A DNA stretch of 64,000 nucleotides from positions 26,662,001 through 26,726,000 of the forward strand of contig NC_086108.1 in NCBI RefSeq assembly GCF_963921235.1. The letters are read 5' to 3'. Both the position numbers and the translations under genes were made by a program. Origin of the DNA: Mobula hypostoma (taxonomy: Eukaryota). The notes beneath the pieces were generated by a model. That model ran no database searches, had not been told where the DNA came from, and saw only the letters and a list, made by a program, of their open reading frames with translations. The stretch's first letter is position 1. The number at the start of each line of letters is the position of its first letter. Shown one piece after another: positions 49,691 through 63,200 of this stretch.

Positions 49691-51766
49691 AGAGAGGGAG
49701 AAGAAATTCTGGATGGTTTACTCTTCTGCACATACATGGAAAGTACATAGAGAAAGGAAGATAAGTCTTTGTATGACCCTCTGCAGGGTTCAGAGGAACC
49801 TGGTGGAGCATATGCTGGTCCTGTACATCAGGAACTGTGATGATAAGTACATGAAATCTGAAAATGATTGCCACCCTATTTATCCAGAGCACTGTAACAT
49901 GAAAAGCAGACCAGTAAGGAATCAGAAGACTTGGTATATTCAACAAAACTGTAAATGAATTAAGTCTTATTTCAGAAGGTAGGACAAAAAAATGATGCCT
50001 ACACTTAAGACAAAATTTCTGTGTCCAGATGAATTTTATCCAAAGATGCTAAAAGAAAAGAGACATCAGAGACACAAGTAATATTTTCCAAAATACAACA
50101 AATTAAGAGAATTGTTCCTGAGAAAAGTGATCAGAAAGAGTAATTCATATCTTCGAAGAGATCAAACATCTGCAGAATCTCTTGAGTTTGTGATTTTTAT
50201 TTCCGTTGCCTCGTTGAGGCACTTAACTAGTTAACGGCCTGACATGCTGTCACAGTTTGCTTTCTCTGTTACCTTCCTTAGTAACATAATCAAAATAGTT
50301 TTTGTATTTCAGGCACAAATATACACATCAGACAACATTAACCATGAAAGAGCAACAATAAAAACATTTTTTGATCGGCTACTATGTAATTTCTTGCACC
50401 AAAATTGGAAGAATCAGATTCCAACCCTATCAACACCTTCAAAAAATCTACATACAAGTCACCTCTTCAAACATTGCCCAGAAGTTTGATGAGTATTTTA
50501 CTGCCTTAGGAGACAGGAGGAAGATGAGTTGAATGTGCTGAAAAGCACCTGCTAATTTCTTACACAATTTGAATTTGTGTTTCTAAATGTAGCCTGTGGC
50601 ACAGGCGCTCTGCTAGAAATCCCAGAGGACATTTAAAATTTTAAGATTGATATCTAACTCTTACTCCTCATCTGAACATTGTAATACACTTGGCTATTGC
50701 CTAGAACTTTATTTCCCAGAGTCAGTGAATGGGGATTCAGCCTTTTATTCTTGATTGGATCAGGTCCAATAAATTGTCGACTTGCATAATAGTTTGGTTC
50801 TTAAACCCATTCTGATGATGTTTTTGGTTCTGTTGGAATGCACTGATACCATATGCACACTTACTGTTTTCACGTCTTTGCAATAAGGTTAGAGTCATAC
50901 AGCGTGGAAACAGAATTTTCATTCCAACTCCTTGGTGCAGATCAAAATGCCCATCTCAGCTCGTCTTATCTGTGTTTGGTCCATGTTCCTTTAAACCTTT
51001 CTTAATTATGGACCTATCCAAGTCCCTATTAAAGGTTTTAATTGTGTCTGCCTCAACCACTTCCCTTGGCAACTTGCTCTATGAACACACCACCTCTGTG
51101 GGCAGAAGTTGCCCTTCAGGTTCTTATGAATTTTTTCCTCTATCATCTTAAGCTAGCATTTTAAGATGCCCTCTAGCATTTTGTGTGTGTTACTCCAGAT
51201 TTTCAGCATCTGCAGGATCTCTTGTCCCTTTCCCTGGGACAAAACAGTGCACATTCACCTTATCTATGTTCTGATACACTTCTAGGAGATTACCGCTCAG
51301 TCTCTTATACTCCTTGAAAAAATATTAGATTCTTATTTAACTAAATTCTGTATTGTATTCTGCAATAAAATCAGAAAATAAAGAAGTCATAGATTGAGTT
51401 GACTCCAGAGGCAACAAGTAAGCAAAAATAACATTAACCACACATAGCTGAATTTGTCATGTTGCCTTGCTTTTGAGAAGAGTTGGTCATTGTAATATGC
51501 TAGCTAATTAATCAGTTGATGAGGAGGAGAAGAGGATGATAGGGATAGGACATTGGCATGAGTGTGTTGGTGCCAACAAAGCTGAAGATGCTTGTGGCCA
51601 TTCAACCTTTATTATGGACTTGCACCAAAGAGGGCTGCAAATTAGCATTTTTTCTTTATTATTGGAAATGGCCTGGAAGTATGGTAGACCATCCTGGAAG
51701 ATCTTGCTGAACTTTCTGAAGCTGATGCCTGCATGCATCTCCTCAAGGGATTGTAGTACTGCATCA

Positions 51767-54700
51767 AAACCATAAAGCCATGAGATATCGTGGCAGAATT
51801 AGGCCATTTGGCCCATTGAGTATGCTCTTTCATTTCACCATGGTGTTTCAATTTTCCTCTCAGACCCATTCGCCTGTCTTCTCCCCGCATCCCTTTATGC
51901 CCTGATCAATCAACAATCTATCAACCTCTGCCTTAAATATACATAAAGACTTGGCCACCACAGCTGTCTGTGGCAAAGAATTCCACAGATTTACCACTCT
52001 TTGGCTAAAGAAATTCCTACTTATTACTGTTCTAAAAGGACATCTCTCTATTGTGAGGCTGTATCCTTAAGTCAGGCTCTCCCATCATAGGACACATCCT
52101 CTCCACACCCACTCTATCAAGGCTTTTCACGATTCTATAGGTTTCAATGAGGTTAGGCCTTTTCTTTTGAATTCTAGTAAATACAGGCCCAGAGCCATCA
52201 GATGTTCTTCATATAACAAGCCAATCAATCCTGGAATCATTTTTGTGAAGCTTCTTTGAACCCCCTCCTGTTTCAACACAACCTATCTAAGATAAGGGGC
52301 CCAACTCTGCTCACAATACTCCAAGTTAAGCCTCACCAGTGCTTAATAATGTTTCAACACTACATCCTTGCTTTTATATTCCAGTCCTTTTGAAATGAAT
52401 GCAAACATTGCACTTGCCTTCTTCACCACAGACTCAATTACAAATTAATCTTTAGGGAATCCTGCACAAGGACTTCTAAATCTCTTTCTGCCTCAGTTTT
52501 TTGTATCATCTTAACAATTAGAAAATAGTCAACCCGTTCATTTCTTCTACCAATGTCAATGATTATACACTTCCCGATACTGTATTCCATCTATTTCTTT
52601 GTTAATTCTCCTAATCTGTCTATGTCCTCTGTAGCCCCTCTACGTTCTCAATAGTAACTGCCCCTCCAACTATCTTCAGGTCATCTGCAAACGTTGCAAC
52701 AAAGCCATCAATTCCAGCATCCAAATCATTGATAAGTAACATAAAATGAATCGGTCCCAACACAGACCCCTGTGGAACACCACTAGTCAACGGCTCCCGT
52801 TACGCCAACTCTTTGCCTCCTGCCAATCAGCCACAGCTTTACCCATGCTTGAATCTTTTCTGTAATACCATGGGCTCACAACTTGTTAAGCAGCCTCCTG
52901 TGTGATACCTTGTCAAATACACAACGTCAACCGATTCTCATTTGTCTATCCTGCCTGAAATTTCTTCAAAGAATTCCAACAAATTTCTCAGGCAAGATTT
53001 TTCCTTGCGGAAATCACACTGACTATGAACTATTTTGTCATGAGCCTCCAAGTACCCTGAGCCCTCATCTTTAATAATCGATTCTAACATCTTCCCAACC
53101 ACTGAGGTCAGACTAACTGCCTATAGTTTCCTTTCTTTTGCCTCTCTCCTTTCTTGAAGAGTGGAGTGACATTTCCAAATTTCCAGTCTTCTGGAACCAT
53201 TCCAGAATCTAGTCATTCTTGAAAGATCATTACGAATGCCTTCACAATAGCTTCAGCCACCTCTTTCAGAACTCTGGAGTGTAACACCATCTGGTCCAGG
53301 TGACTTATCTACCTTCAGACCTCTCAGTTTCCCAAGAACCTTCTCTCTAGTTATAGTAACCTCTCACACTTCATGATCCCAACTCCTGGAGCTTCCACCA
53401 TACTGCTCGTGCCTTCCACAGTGAAAACTGATGCAAAATACTTATTCAGTTCATCCACTACTTCATTGTCCCTCATTACTACCTCTGCAGCATTGTTTTC
53501 TAGCTGTCTGATATCCACTCTCGCCTTTTTTTACACTTGATGTATCTGAAGGGACTTTTGGAATCCTCTTTAATATTATTGGCTTGCTTACTTTTGTATT
53601 CCATCTGTACCTTCTTAAGGACATTTTTAGTGGCCTGTGGTTAAATTTTAAAATCTTCCCAATCCTCTAACTTCCCACTAATCTCTGCTCTATTATATGC
53701 ACTCTCTTTGGTTTTTATGTCGGCTTTGACTTCTCTTGTTAGCCAAGGTTGTCTGATCTTTCCTTCAGAATACTTCTTCCTCTTTGGGATGTACATATTC
53801 TGTGCCTTTCAAATTGCTTCCAGAAATTCCAGCTATTGCTGCTCTGCTGTTGGCCCTACCAGTGTTCTTTTCCAATTAATTCAGGCCAGTTCCTCTCTCA
53901 TGCCTCTGTAATTCCCCTTACTCTACTGTAATATTGTTACATCTGACTTGAGCTTCAAGGTGAATTCGATCATATGATCACTTACCCCTCAGGATTCTTT
54001 TACCTTAAGCTCACTAAACAATTCTGGTTCATTGCACAACACCCAATCCAGAATAGCTGATCTTCTGCTGGGCTCAACCGCAAATTATTCTAAAATGACT
54101 CCTCAAAGGGACTTCAGAAATTCCCCCTCCTGTAATCCAGCACCAACCTGATTTTCCAATCTGCGTGCATATTGGTGTCCCCCTTGACTAGTGTAGCAAT
54201 GCCCTTATGTAATGCAGTTTTTATCACTCATTGTAAATTGTAGGCCACATCCTTACTACTGTTAGGGGTTATGTAAACAACTCCCATCAGGGTCTTTTTA
54301 CCCTTGCAGCTACTTAGCTCTATCCATAATGTTTCACCAATTTCCAACCTTATGCCACCTCTTTGTAATGATTTGATTTCATTTTTACTAACAAAGCAAT
54401 GGGTATCCCTGGACATTAAGCTTCCAGCTATAATTCTTCAGCCATGGTTCAGTGATACCTATACTGAGCGCATTCGGAAACAATACCTTCAGTCCTCTAT
54501 TCACAGTTTTCGATTTTGTCACACCATGCTCAAGCTTTTGATTCCTAACTTTGTCTGAGGTCTTACCAATATCTGCCTCCACAACCTCTCCACAAACTGG
54601 TCTGGCACTCTGGTTCCTATCCCCTTGCAACTAGAGTTTAAACCCCACCATGCAGCATTAACAAACCTTCCCGCTAGGATATTAATCCCCCTCCAATTCT

Positions 54701-55560
54701 GATATACACCGTTCCTTCTGTACAGATCCCACATTCCCTGGAAGAGAGTCCAATAATCAAAAAATTTTATGTCCTCCTTCCTACACCAACTCCTTAGCCA
54801 CATATTAAGCTGCATAATCTTCCTAGTTCTAGCCTCACTAGCATGTGGCATGGGTAGCAATCCTGAGATCACAACCCCGGAGGTTCTGCCCTTTAACTTA
54901 GCAACTAACTCCCTGTCCACCTTATGCAGAACCTAGTCACTCATCCTACCCATGTCATTAGTACCTACATTGTCCACAACCTCTGGCTGTTCACCTTCCC
55001 TCCCACTAAAGAATGCCGAGGAATCGACCCAATATAACCCGGACCCTGGCAACATGCCATCTGGGAATCTTGTTTTTGACGACAGAACCTCCTGTCCAGT
55101 CCCTATCTAACAAATACCTTTCTCCCCCATTCCCTTCTGAATCTTAGAGACAGACTCAGTGCCAGAGACCCACCCAACCATTGTGATTTTTCTTTGTTAG
55201 GTCATCACCCCACCCCCCACCCCACCTACAGTATTCAAAATTATATACCTGTTGTTGAGTGGCATGGCCGCAGGGGTATTCTGCACTGGCTCCTTAACAC
55301 TTTTCCTCTTTCTGACTGTCACATAGTTTCCTGTGTCCTATATCTTGTGTGTAACTACCTCTCTGTATGTTCTATCTATCACCCCTTCAGCCTCCTGAAT
55401 AATCTGGAGACCATCCAGCTACAGCTCCAGCTCCAACACAGTTTGGTAGAAGCTGCAGCAGGATGCACTTCTCACAGTTGTAGTGGTCGGGGATACTGGA
55501 GGTCTCCCTGCCTCCCGACATCCCACAAGAGGAGCATTACACTATATTGCCTGCCATATT
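51767..55560 (-). mobile_element. Near full-length degenerate CR1 (ORF1 esterase plus ORF2)
   Basis: ORF1 SGNH-esterase-like VVISGLLP.P.AS..R...I.QLN.WL..WC (54519-54920); endonuclease and RT remnants; 3' UTR near 51770-51830. Confidence 0.88.
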
Positions 55561-57859
55561 TATGTAGTTGAGCAGATCTAAAGAACAGAAGAAAAAAACC
55601 TGAGCTATTCTTTCCTTTGCTTTGAGTGCAGCCTCTCTTTGCTGAAGAATTGAAGCCTCAAACTATTAAGCATAAAACACGAATGAAAAAGGATTTCCAT
55701 ATAAACCATTTTCAACACACAAAAGGATTTCCAAAACATAGGTACCATTCCTATAAACTAAAAAAAACATACACTCGAGGTTCAGACAATCAAATCATCC
55801 ATTGCAGTAACTCAAGCTGGAAGAATATATTCTTGTTCACCTGTGTTTCTTTTAAGTTTCTTGATGTTCCTAGCCCCATTCCTAGTAAGTCTGACATTAT
55901 TGATATGATAAATGATATTATCCATCTGTTTTGCAAGCTTCCTTGAACTAAGTGACTTCAGCGTCAGCTTATCTGTTTGAAACAGCCCAAATTAAACAAT
56001 CCCATGTCTTATACTCTACACGTGAATAATAATAAACCAAGTGCAGTTATTAGCATCTCCTTTGTCATAGACATGATGTCTTCAAAATGCATAGGTTGTT
56101 TGCAAAACTGTTCTATAGAGAGTACTTTTTTAACTTCAAGTTGATTACTGCTTTCCAGTTACATTTTAAGAACTGAAGACTAACTTTCTTTTACAACCAG
56201 AAACTAAGCAAAGGAATATAGTTCTCTTCTTCGGCTGTCCATCAATTTTGATGTTGACTGTAGTTACACGCCTTGCACAGTAATATGACAGGCGGTGTCG
56301 TTTCCCCACCATACAGTCTCTCTGGGCTTCCAGATCTGATGCTAAGAGGTACAAAGGAGCGTAACAGACTTAGCGGATAAGGAAGATGCCCCTCAGTGAC
56401 AACAAACTAGTCTAGTGATGCCATCCGTTGACCAGCACTCTGGTTCCTCCGCATGCCACCAAAGTGGCTGTACCATTGACCCTTTTGGATTCATAGTTAG
56501 AAGTTTATTTACAACTGCTTGTAGTCTTTCAAGTGGCAGCTGCTTATGTTTAGAATGAAAGCTTAGCAAACATTATCAAGAAGTGAATACCCATCACAAT
56601 TTGTGGTTAAATCACTTTGCTCCTTTTCAACTCTTCAGAATTCACATCAACTATTTGCACAGCAGCACCCGCCTATTCCACTTTTGAGTTTCACAGCAAA
56701 GACTCTGTCTAAGGGGAATATAATGATTGCTCCTGGTTGTCAGATATTTTTGCCTGAGCAGAATAATGTTAGCATTACCAATGGGTATCATTCATTATAC
56801 TGAAACTTCCAAAATTATTTTGCATAAAGCCCCTCCTCTCAACTCCATGATAATGCAAATACTGCATCTATAATTCTTGGCCTATCTCATAGTGAGTCAT
56901 ATGAACTAAATAGAGGACAGTAGATTAGACAAAAACTCTTTTAAAATAATTGGTTGGTACAGAAGGGAAAGTGCCATCATTTTAATTCTAGAAAATTATA
57001 TTCGCCAGCTGCATGATTTCACAATATAATTATATACATAAAAATTAAAGATTTATAGAAGTAAGAAAAAATACAGTTCCTTTGTTGAGATTCTGTCTAA
57101 GAGTGAACACCCATTGATACAACTTAACAATATGATACCAATCATACCATTCTAAAAGTTTTTCCCATTTTTCCAGAAAACTTCTACTGAGCAAAGCTAT
57201 TTACTCTGTTCTGTCAGATTATGGGACTTTATCAACCAAATAGGCAAACCATCCTTGCAAATTTCAGGGTGAATTTGATCATATTGTGATCACTTTCCCC
57301 TCAGGGCCATTTTACCTTAAGCTTTCTAAGTAATCCTGGTTTATTGCACAGCATCCAATCAAGAATATCTGATTTCTCAGTAGGCTCAACCACGAACTGC
57401 TCTAAAAAGCCATCTCACAGGCACTCCAGAAATTCCCCTTCTTAGAATCCACTTCCAAAGCGGGTGAATACTGTGACCAACTCTTTTGTTGTGAATCGTT
57501 CTGGTTGTACAACTTGAGGTGAATCATGCCAATCATGTGCTAGACCTCCTTCCTCCATTAAATCCTGCTTTGCCAATGATTGAGAATGGAATTTTAGTGA
57601 CATTTTGACAACATCAACCTCTGCCTTGCACTTATGAACCAATCCTACAACTCAGTTGATCACTTCATCAGCTATTTCAACAATGCTTTTGAAGACATAT
57701 GAACGACACACTTTATTCCAAATCCTACTCACGTTTGTTGACATTACTTTGGACCAGGACGAAAAAATGTTTTTGCTGATATTTTTGTCCTTCCAAAATT
57801 ACTTAAGTCATCCTGTTCCTTTCCTCTGTCGACCGTAAGTCACTGGATTCAAATATACA

Positions 57860-58530
57860 TATACCCCATGTTTAAGAAAGGATATGCTAGGAATGAAGAT
57901 AGTCCAGAAGGGATTTAGTTCTCTAATTCCAGGAATGAAAGAGATACTTAGCATGTTTGGCTGCAATAGTTATATTTGTATTCTTTCGAGAAGAATTTTA
58001 TCAAAACATACAAGATCTATTAGAGCACAGCTGGACAAATGTTGGGACACATAGGACTGCAGGTGCTGAAATATGGAACAACAAATAATTTTTGGAGGAA
58101 CAGCCAGTCGAGCAGCAAATGTGGAAGAAACTGAATGGTTGACATTTTAGATCGAAAGCCTCATGCAGGTGTTAATGTGGGGTTTTGACCTGAAATATTG
58201 ACATTTCATCCCCCCTACCCACAGGATAGATGTTGAGATTTTTTTTATGTCCAAGGCAATCTTTAACAAGGGAACAGATAAGGCTATAAGAATTCGTTCT
58301 AGAAGATTTGGTGACACTCTAAAATTCATGTGCCAGATTTGAGTCGAAGTTAGGTCACTGGAGGTATTTAAAGGGGAAGTAGATATATTTGTGAAAGATT
58401 GGAGGATTGAGGGCTATGGGCTAGTGGCACACAGAAAGTGGTGAGGGCTGAGCAGTTCAGTGTGATTATTTTCCATGCAGGCCAAGGACTCAGGGGCCTG
58501 GTGGCCTACTCCTGCTCCTACTCACTTTGT
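57860..58530 (+). mobile_element. Old CR1 3' fragment
   Basis: aagaaaggatatgctagg...gtccagaagg and ggcctactcctgctcctac 3' UTR motif. Confidence 0.65.
58045..58223. mobile_element. Miniature head-to-head Penelope tail pair
   Basis: Minus-strand tail 58045-58168 abuts plus-strand tail 58170-58223, both with decayed hammerhead sequence; degenerate 12 bp flanking repeat. Confidence 0.55.
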
Positions 58531-59589
58531 ACTTATGGAAAGTTTGAATAAGTGTCTCACATAGATTATACACCTTGAAGGTTATAAGGCCCATTGATCT
58601 ATCGGAATCAACTGTGAAGTTTGTTGGATGGCATAAATGCAAAATTAATGCCCGGTGATAATCAACCAAATATCCAGGATGTTGTGTCAATGATCAGCAG
58701 GATTTTAAAGGATTCTCATGGCCTGGCTGAGAGGCATAGGTGGCAGTAAAACCAGGTCTCAAGTTTGATAATAATAAACTAGGCAGGAAGAGAACATCAA
58801 TAGTTCCATTATGTATCCAAGGATTTTCAGCATTGTACACTGGAAGGGGTTCTCAACTTGCAGTACCCAGATGAACTGCCCCAAGCAACAGAGTTAGACA
58901 AGACCAGGGCATTTTAAGTCCAGCCATTGATTTCTCCTTCACATTTTATTTCCTTCCAAAGTAAACCAGTCTCGACACAATTAACATCTGTCCAGGAAAG
59001 TAACACGCTTTCAGCCGAGACTCTCAGGAATTGATGGCTGCCTTCTCAGCAGCAGCAGCCTCACCACCCACATTACAAAAGCCTTAAAACAATGAAAACA
59101 AAGTACATGGCTGAATTCAGAACAGCTGATACCACAGTCACTATTTACCTAACAGGCATCCATGCAAACTTGTACAAATCACAATTCTTACGTAAAATTA
59201 AATTTTTGGAAGTTGAATTAAATTTGTGCAACATACTATTTAGAATAAAATATGCTTTGACCTTGATGTTCCCATCTTCAACTGCAAGTCTGTACTGAGT
59301 TAATCTCAGCCAAGATGAGGCTGCAAAGAGGACAGAAGAGGTACTCTGAGTATTAGCTCTCTCCTGACCCCTGCTGTAAAAACATCAACTGAGTTTAGAA
59401 GAGTTCTTGAATTTCATGCCTGGGCCATCTGGCTTTATATGTTCACCCAAAGCTTGGCTTTTACAGTGTGGTACAGATGATTGGACTAGTACCAAGGAAT
59501 TGAGCGATTGGGTTATGAGTAATTATGTAAATTGGGCCTAGTTTTTGCTGTAAAAGATTAAAAGATGATATAATTGTTGTGATTGTAAG

Positions 59590-59755
59590 TGTAAAGTGAG
59601 TAGAGCAGGGTGCGAAGCATGCAGCCTTGTAGTGCACCTGTGCTGATGGAGATTGTGGAGGAGGTATTGTTGCCAATCCAAACTGATTGTGGTGTGCATG
59701 TGAGAAAATTGGGGACCCAGTTGCACAAGGAGTTATCTAAGTCTAGGTCTTGTGT
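59590..59755 (-). mobile_element. Rex1/Babar RT fragment
   Basis: LCNWV.NFLT..PQSV.IG...[17 protein letters not shown]. Confidence 0.75.
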
Positions 59756-59964
59756 GAAATTATGGTTCAAGGTGAGGTGAAATTGCAAATTTTGCTTCGA
59801 AATTTTCAATTGCACATAAATTAGGAAAGATGAAACTAGAGGCTGTATCCTCTGGTTCGATCCTTGGAAGATATTTGCTTGGAGTTTGCACACTATCCCC
59901 TTGACTCTGTGGGTTTTATCTGGGTGGTCTGGCTTCCTCTTGCATCCAAAATACATACAGATTA

Positions 59965-60295
59965 ACACACATAAAATGCTGAAGGAATTCAGTAGATCAA
60001 GCAGCATCAATGCAAAAGAGTAAACAGTCGACATTTCAGGCCAAGATACTTCCTTAGGACTGAGAAGGAAGGGGGAAGATGCCAGAATCAAAATGTGGAG
60101 AAGGGTAAAGAGACTAGCTGGAAGATGATAAGTCAAGCCACATGGGAGGGAAAGGTCAAGGGCTGGAGAAGAAAGATTCTGATAGGACAGGAGAGTAGAC
60201 AATAGGAGAAACGGAAGGAGGAGGGGACCCAGGGAGAAGGAATAGGCAGGTGAGAAGAAGTAAAAGGTCAGAATGGGAAATAGAGGAAAGGGAGG
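59965..60295 (-). mobile_element. Penelope 3' tail with decayed hammerhead
   Basis: cagtcgacatttcaggccaagatacttccttaggactg at ~60025-60062. Confidence 0.7.
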
Positions 60296-63200
60296 ACACC
60301 CCTCTAAGTTGAGGCTATATCCTCTGGTCTTAGGAAATATCTACTCTATCATGGCCTTTCACCATTTGATAGGTTTCAATGAGGTCACCACATGTTCTTC
60401 TGAATTCTAGTGAATGCAGGCTCAGAGCCGTCAAACGCTTTTCATATGATCGGCAATTCAATCCAGCAATCGTTTTTGTGAAGCTCCTTTGAACCCTCCA
60501 GTTTCAGCACATGCTTTCTATGATGAGGGACCCAAAACTGCTTACAATGCTCCAAATGAGGCCTCACCAGTGCTTTACCAAGACTCAACATTACATCCTT
60601 GCTTTTTTATTCTAGTCTTCTTGATATGAAGAGTAACATCTCATTTGCCTTCCTCACCATAGACTCAACCTGCAAATTAACCTTTATGGAATCCTGCACA
60701 AGGACCCCCAAGACCATTTGCACCTAGTTTTGTTTTTGTATTTTTTCTCCATTTAGAAAATAGTTATCCTTTCATTTTTTTCTACCAACATGCATGACCA
60801 TACACTTCTTGACACTGCATTCCATCAGCTATTTTTTTGCTCATTGCTAATCTGTCTAAGTCCTTCTATGCCACTCTACTTCCTCAAAACTGTCTGCCCC
60901 TCAACCTACTCTTTGTTTCCTGCCAATTATGCACAGCTTTATCCATACTAGAATCATTCCTGTAATACCATAGGCTCGTAGCTTGTTAAGCAGCTTCATA
61001 TGTGGCAACTACTCAAAGTTTTTCTAAGAATCTAAGTACACAACATCAACTGATTCTCCTTTGTCTATCCCGCTTCTTACTTCTTCAAAGAATTCCAACA
61101 GATCTGCCAGGCAAATTTTCCCTTGAGGAAACCATGCTGACTACAGCCTAGTTTATCATGAGCCTTTAAGTACCCTGGGACGTCATCCTTAATAATTGAC
61201 TCCGACATCTTCCTAACCACTGAGGTCAGAATAACTCTCCTATAGTTTTCTTTCTTCTGCCTCTCTCCCTTCTTGAAGAGTGGAGTGACATTTACAATTT
61301 TCCAGTCTTTTGCAACTATTCCAGAATCTAATGATTCCTGAAAGATCATTACTAATGCCTCCACAATAGTTTCAGAACCCTAGGGTGTACACCATCTGGT
61401 CCAGGTGACGTATCTACCTTCAGAACTTTCAATTTTCTAATAACCTTCTCTCTCTAGTAATGGTAACTTCAAAGACTTAGTGCCTCCTGACACCTGGAAC
61501 TTCCACCATACCACTAGTGTCTTCCACAGTGAAGAATGATGCAAAATACTTACTCAGTACATCTGCCATTTCCTTGTCCCCATTGCTACCTCTCCAGCAT
61601 TGGTTTCCAGCAGTTGGATATCTGCCCTCACCTTTCTTTTGCACTTTATGTATCTGAAAGGACCTTTTGTATCTTCTTGAATATTATTGGCTCTCTCACT
61701 TTTGTATTCCATCTTTGCTGTCTTAATGACTTTTTTAGTTGCCTTCTGTTGGTTTTTCAAAGCTTCCCAATCCTCTAACTTCCCACTAATCTTTCCTCTA
61801 TTATACCTCTCTTTGGCTTTTATGTTGTCTTTGACTTCTCTTGTGATAACAGCACATTTGGAAAGCGGTGAAATGATCGGACAAAGTCAGCATGGATTTG
61901 TGAAAGGAAAATCATGTCTGACGAATCTCATAGAATTTTTTGAGGATGTAACTAGTAGAGTGGATAGGGGAGAACCAGTGGATGTGGTATATTTGGATTT
62001 TCAAAAGGCTTTTGACAAGGTCCCACACAGGAGATTAGTGTGCAAACTTAAAGCACACGGTATTGGGGGTAAGGTATTGGTGTGGGTGGAGAATTGGTTA
62101 GCAGACAGGAAGCAAAGAGTGGGAATAAACGGGACTTTTTCAGAATGGCAGGCGGTGACTAGTGGGGTACCGCAAGGCTCAGTGCTGGGACCCCAGTTGT
62201 TTACAATATATATTAATGACTTGGATGAGGGAATTAAATGCAGCATCTCCAAGTTTGCGGATGACACGAAGCTGGGTGGCAGTGTTAGCAGTGAGGAGGA
62301 TGCTAAGAGGATGCAGGGTGACTTGGATAGGTTGGGTGAGTGGGCAAATTCATGGCAGATGCAATTTAATGTGGATAAATGTGAAGTTATCCACTTTGGT
62401 GGCAAAGATAGGAAAACAGGGAGGTGCAACGAGACCTGGGTGTCATTATACACCAGTCATTGAAAGTGGGCATGCAGGTACAGCAGGCGGTGAAAAAGGC
62501 GAATGGTATGCTGGCATTTATAGCGAGAGGATTCGAGTACAGGAGCAGGGACGTACTACTGCAGTTGTACAAGGCCTTGGTGAGACCACACCTGGAGTAT
62601 TGTGTGCAGTTTTGGTCCCCTAATCTGAGGAAAGACATCTTTGCCATAGAGGGAGTACAAAGAAGGTTCACCAGATTGATTCCTGGGATGGCGGGACTTT
62701 CATATAAGAAAGACTGGATGAATTGGGCTTGTACTCGTTGGAATTTAGAAGATTGAGGGGGGATCTGATTGAAACGTATAAGATCCTAAAGGGATTGGAC
62801 AGGCTAGATGCAGGAAGATTGTTCCCGATGTTGGGGAAGTCCAGAACGAGGGGTCACAGTTTGAGGATAGAGGGGAAGCCTTTTAGGACCGAGATTAGGA
62901 AAAACTTCTTCACACAGAGAGTGGTGAATCTGTGGAATTCTCTGCCACAGGAAACTGTTGAGGCCAGTTCATTGGCTATATTTAAGAGGGAGTTAGATAT
63001 GGCCCTTGTGGCTACGGGGGTCAGGGGGTATGGAGAGAAGGCTGGGGCAGGGTTCTGAGTTGGATGATCAGCCATGATCATAATAAATGGCGGTGCAGGC
63101 TCGAAGGGCCGAATGGCCTACTCCTGCACCTATTTTCTATGTTTCTATGTTTCTATCATATGCCTTCCCAATGCCTTCCAAAAATTCCAGCCATTGTTGC

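Noticed and set aside
61687..62463. 258 aa ORF with a hydrophobic N-terminus as a membrane-anchored RT
   Set aside because: The N-terminus is antisense old CR1 fused by chance at an insertion junction
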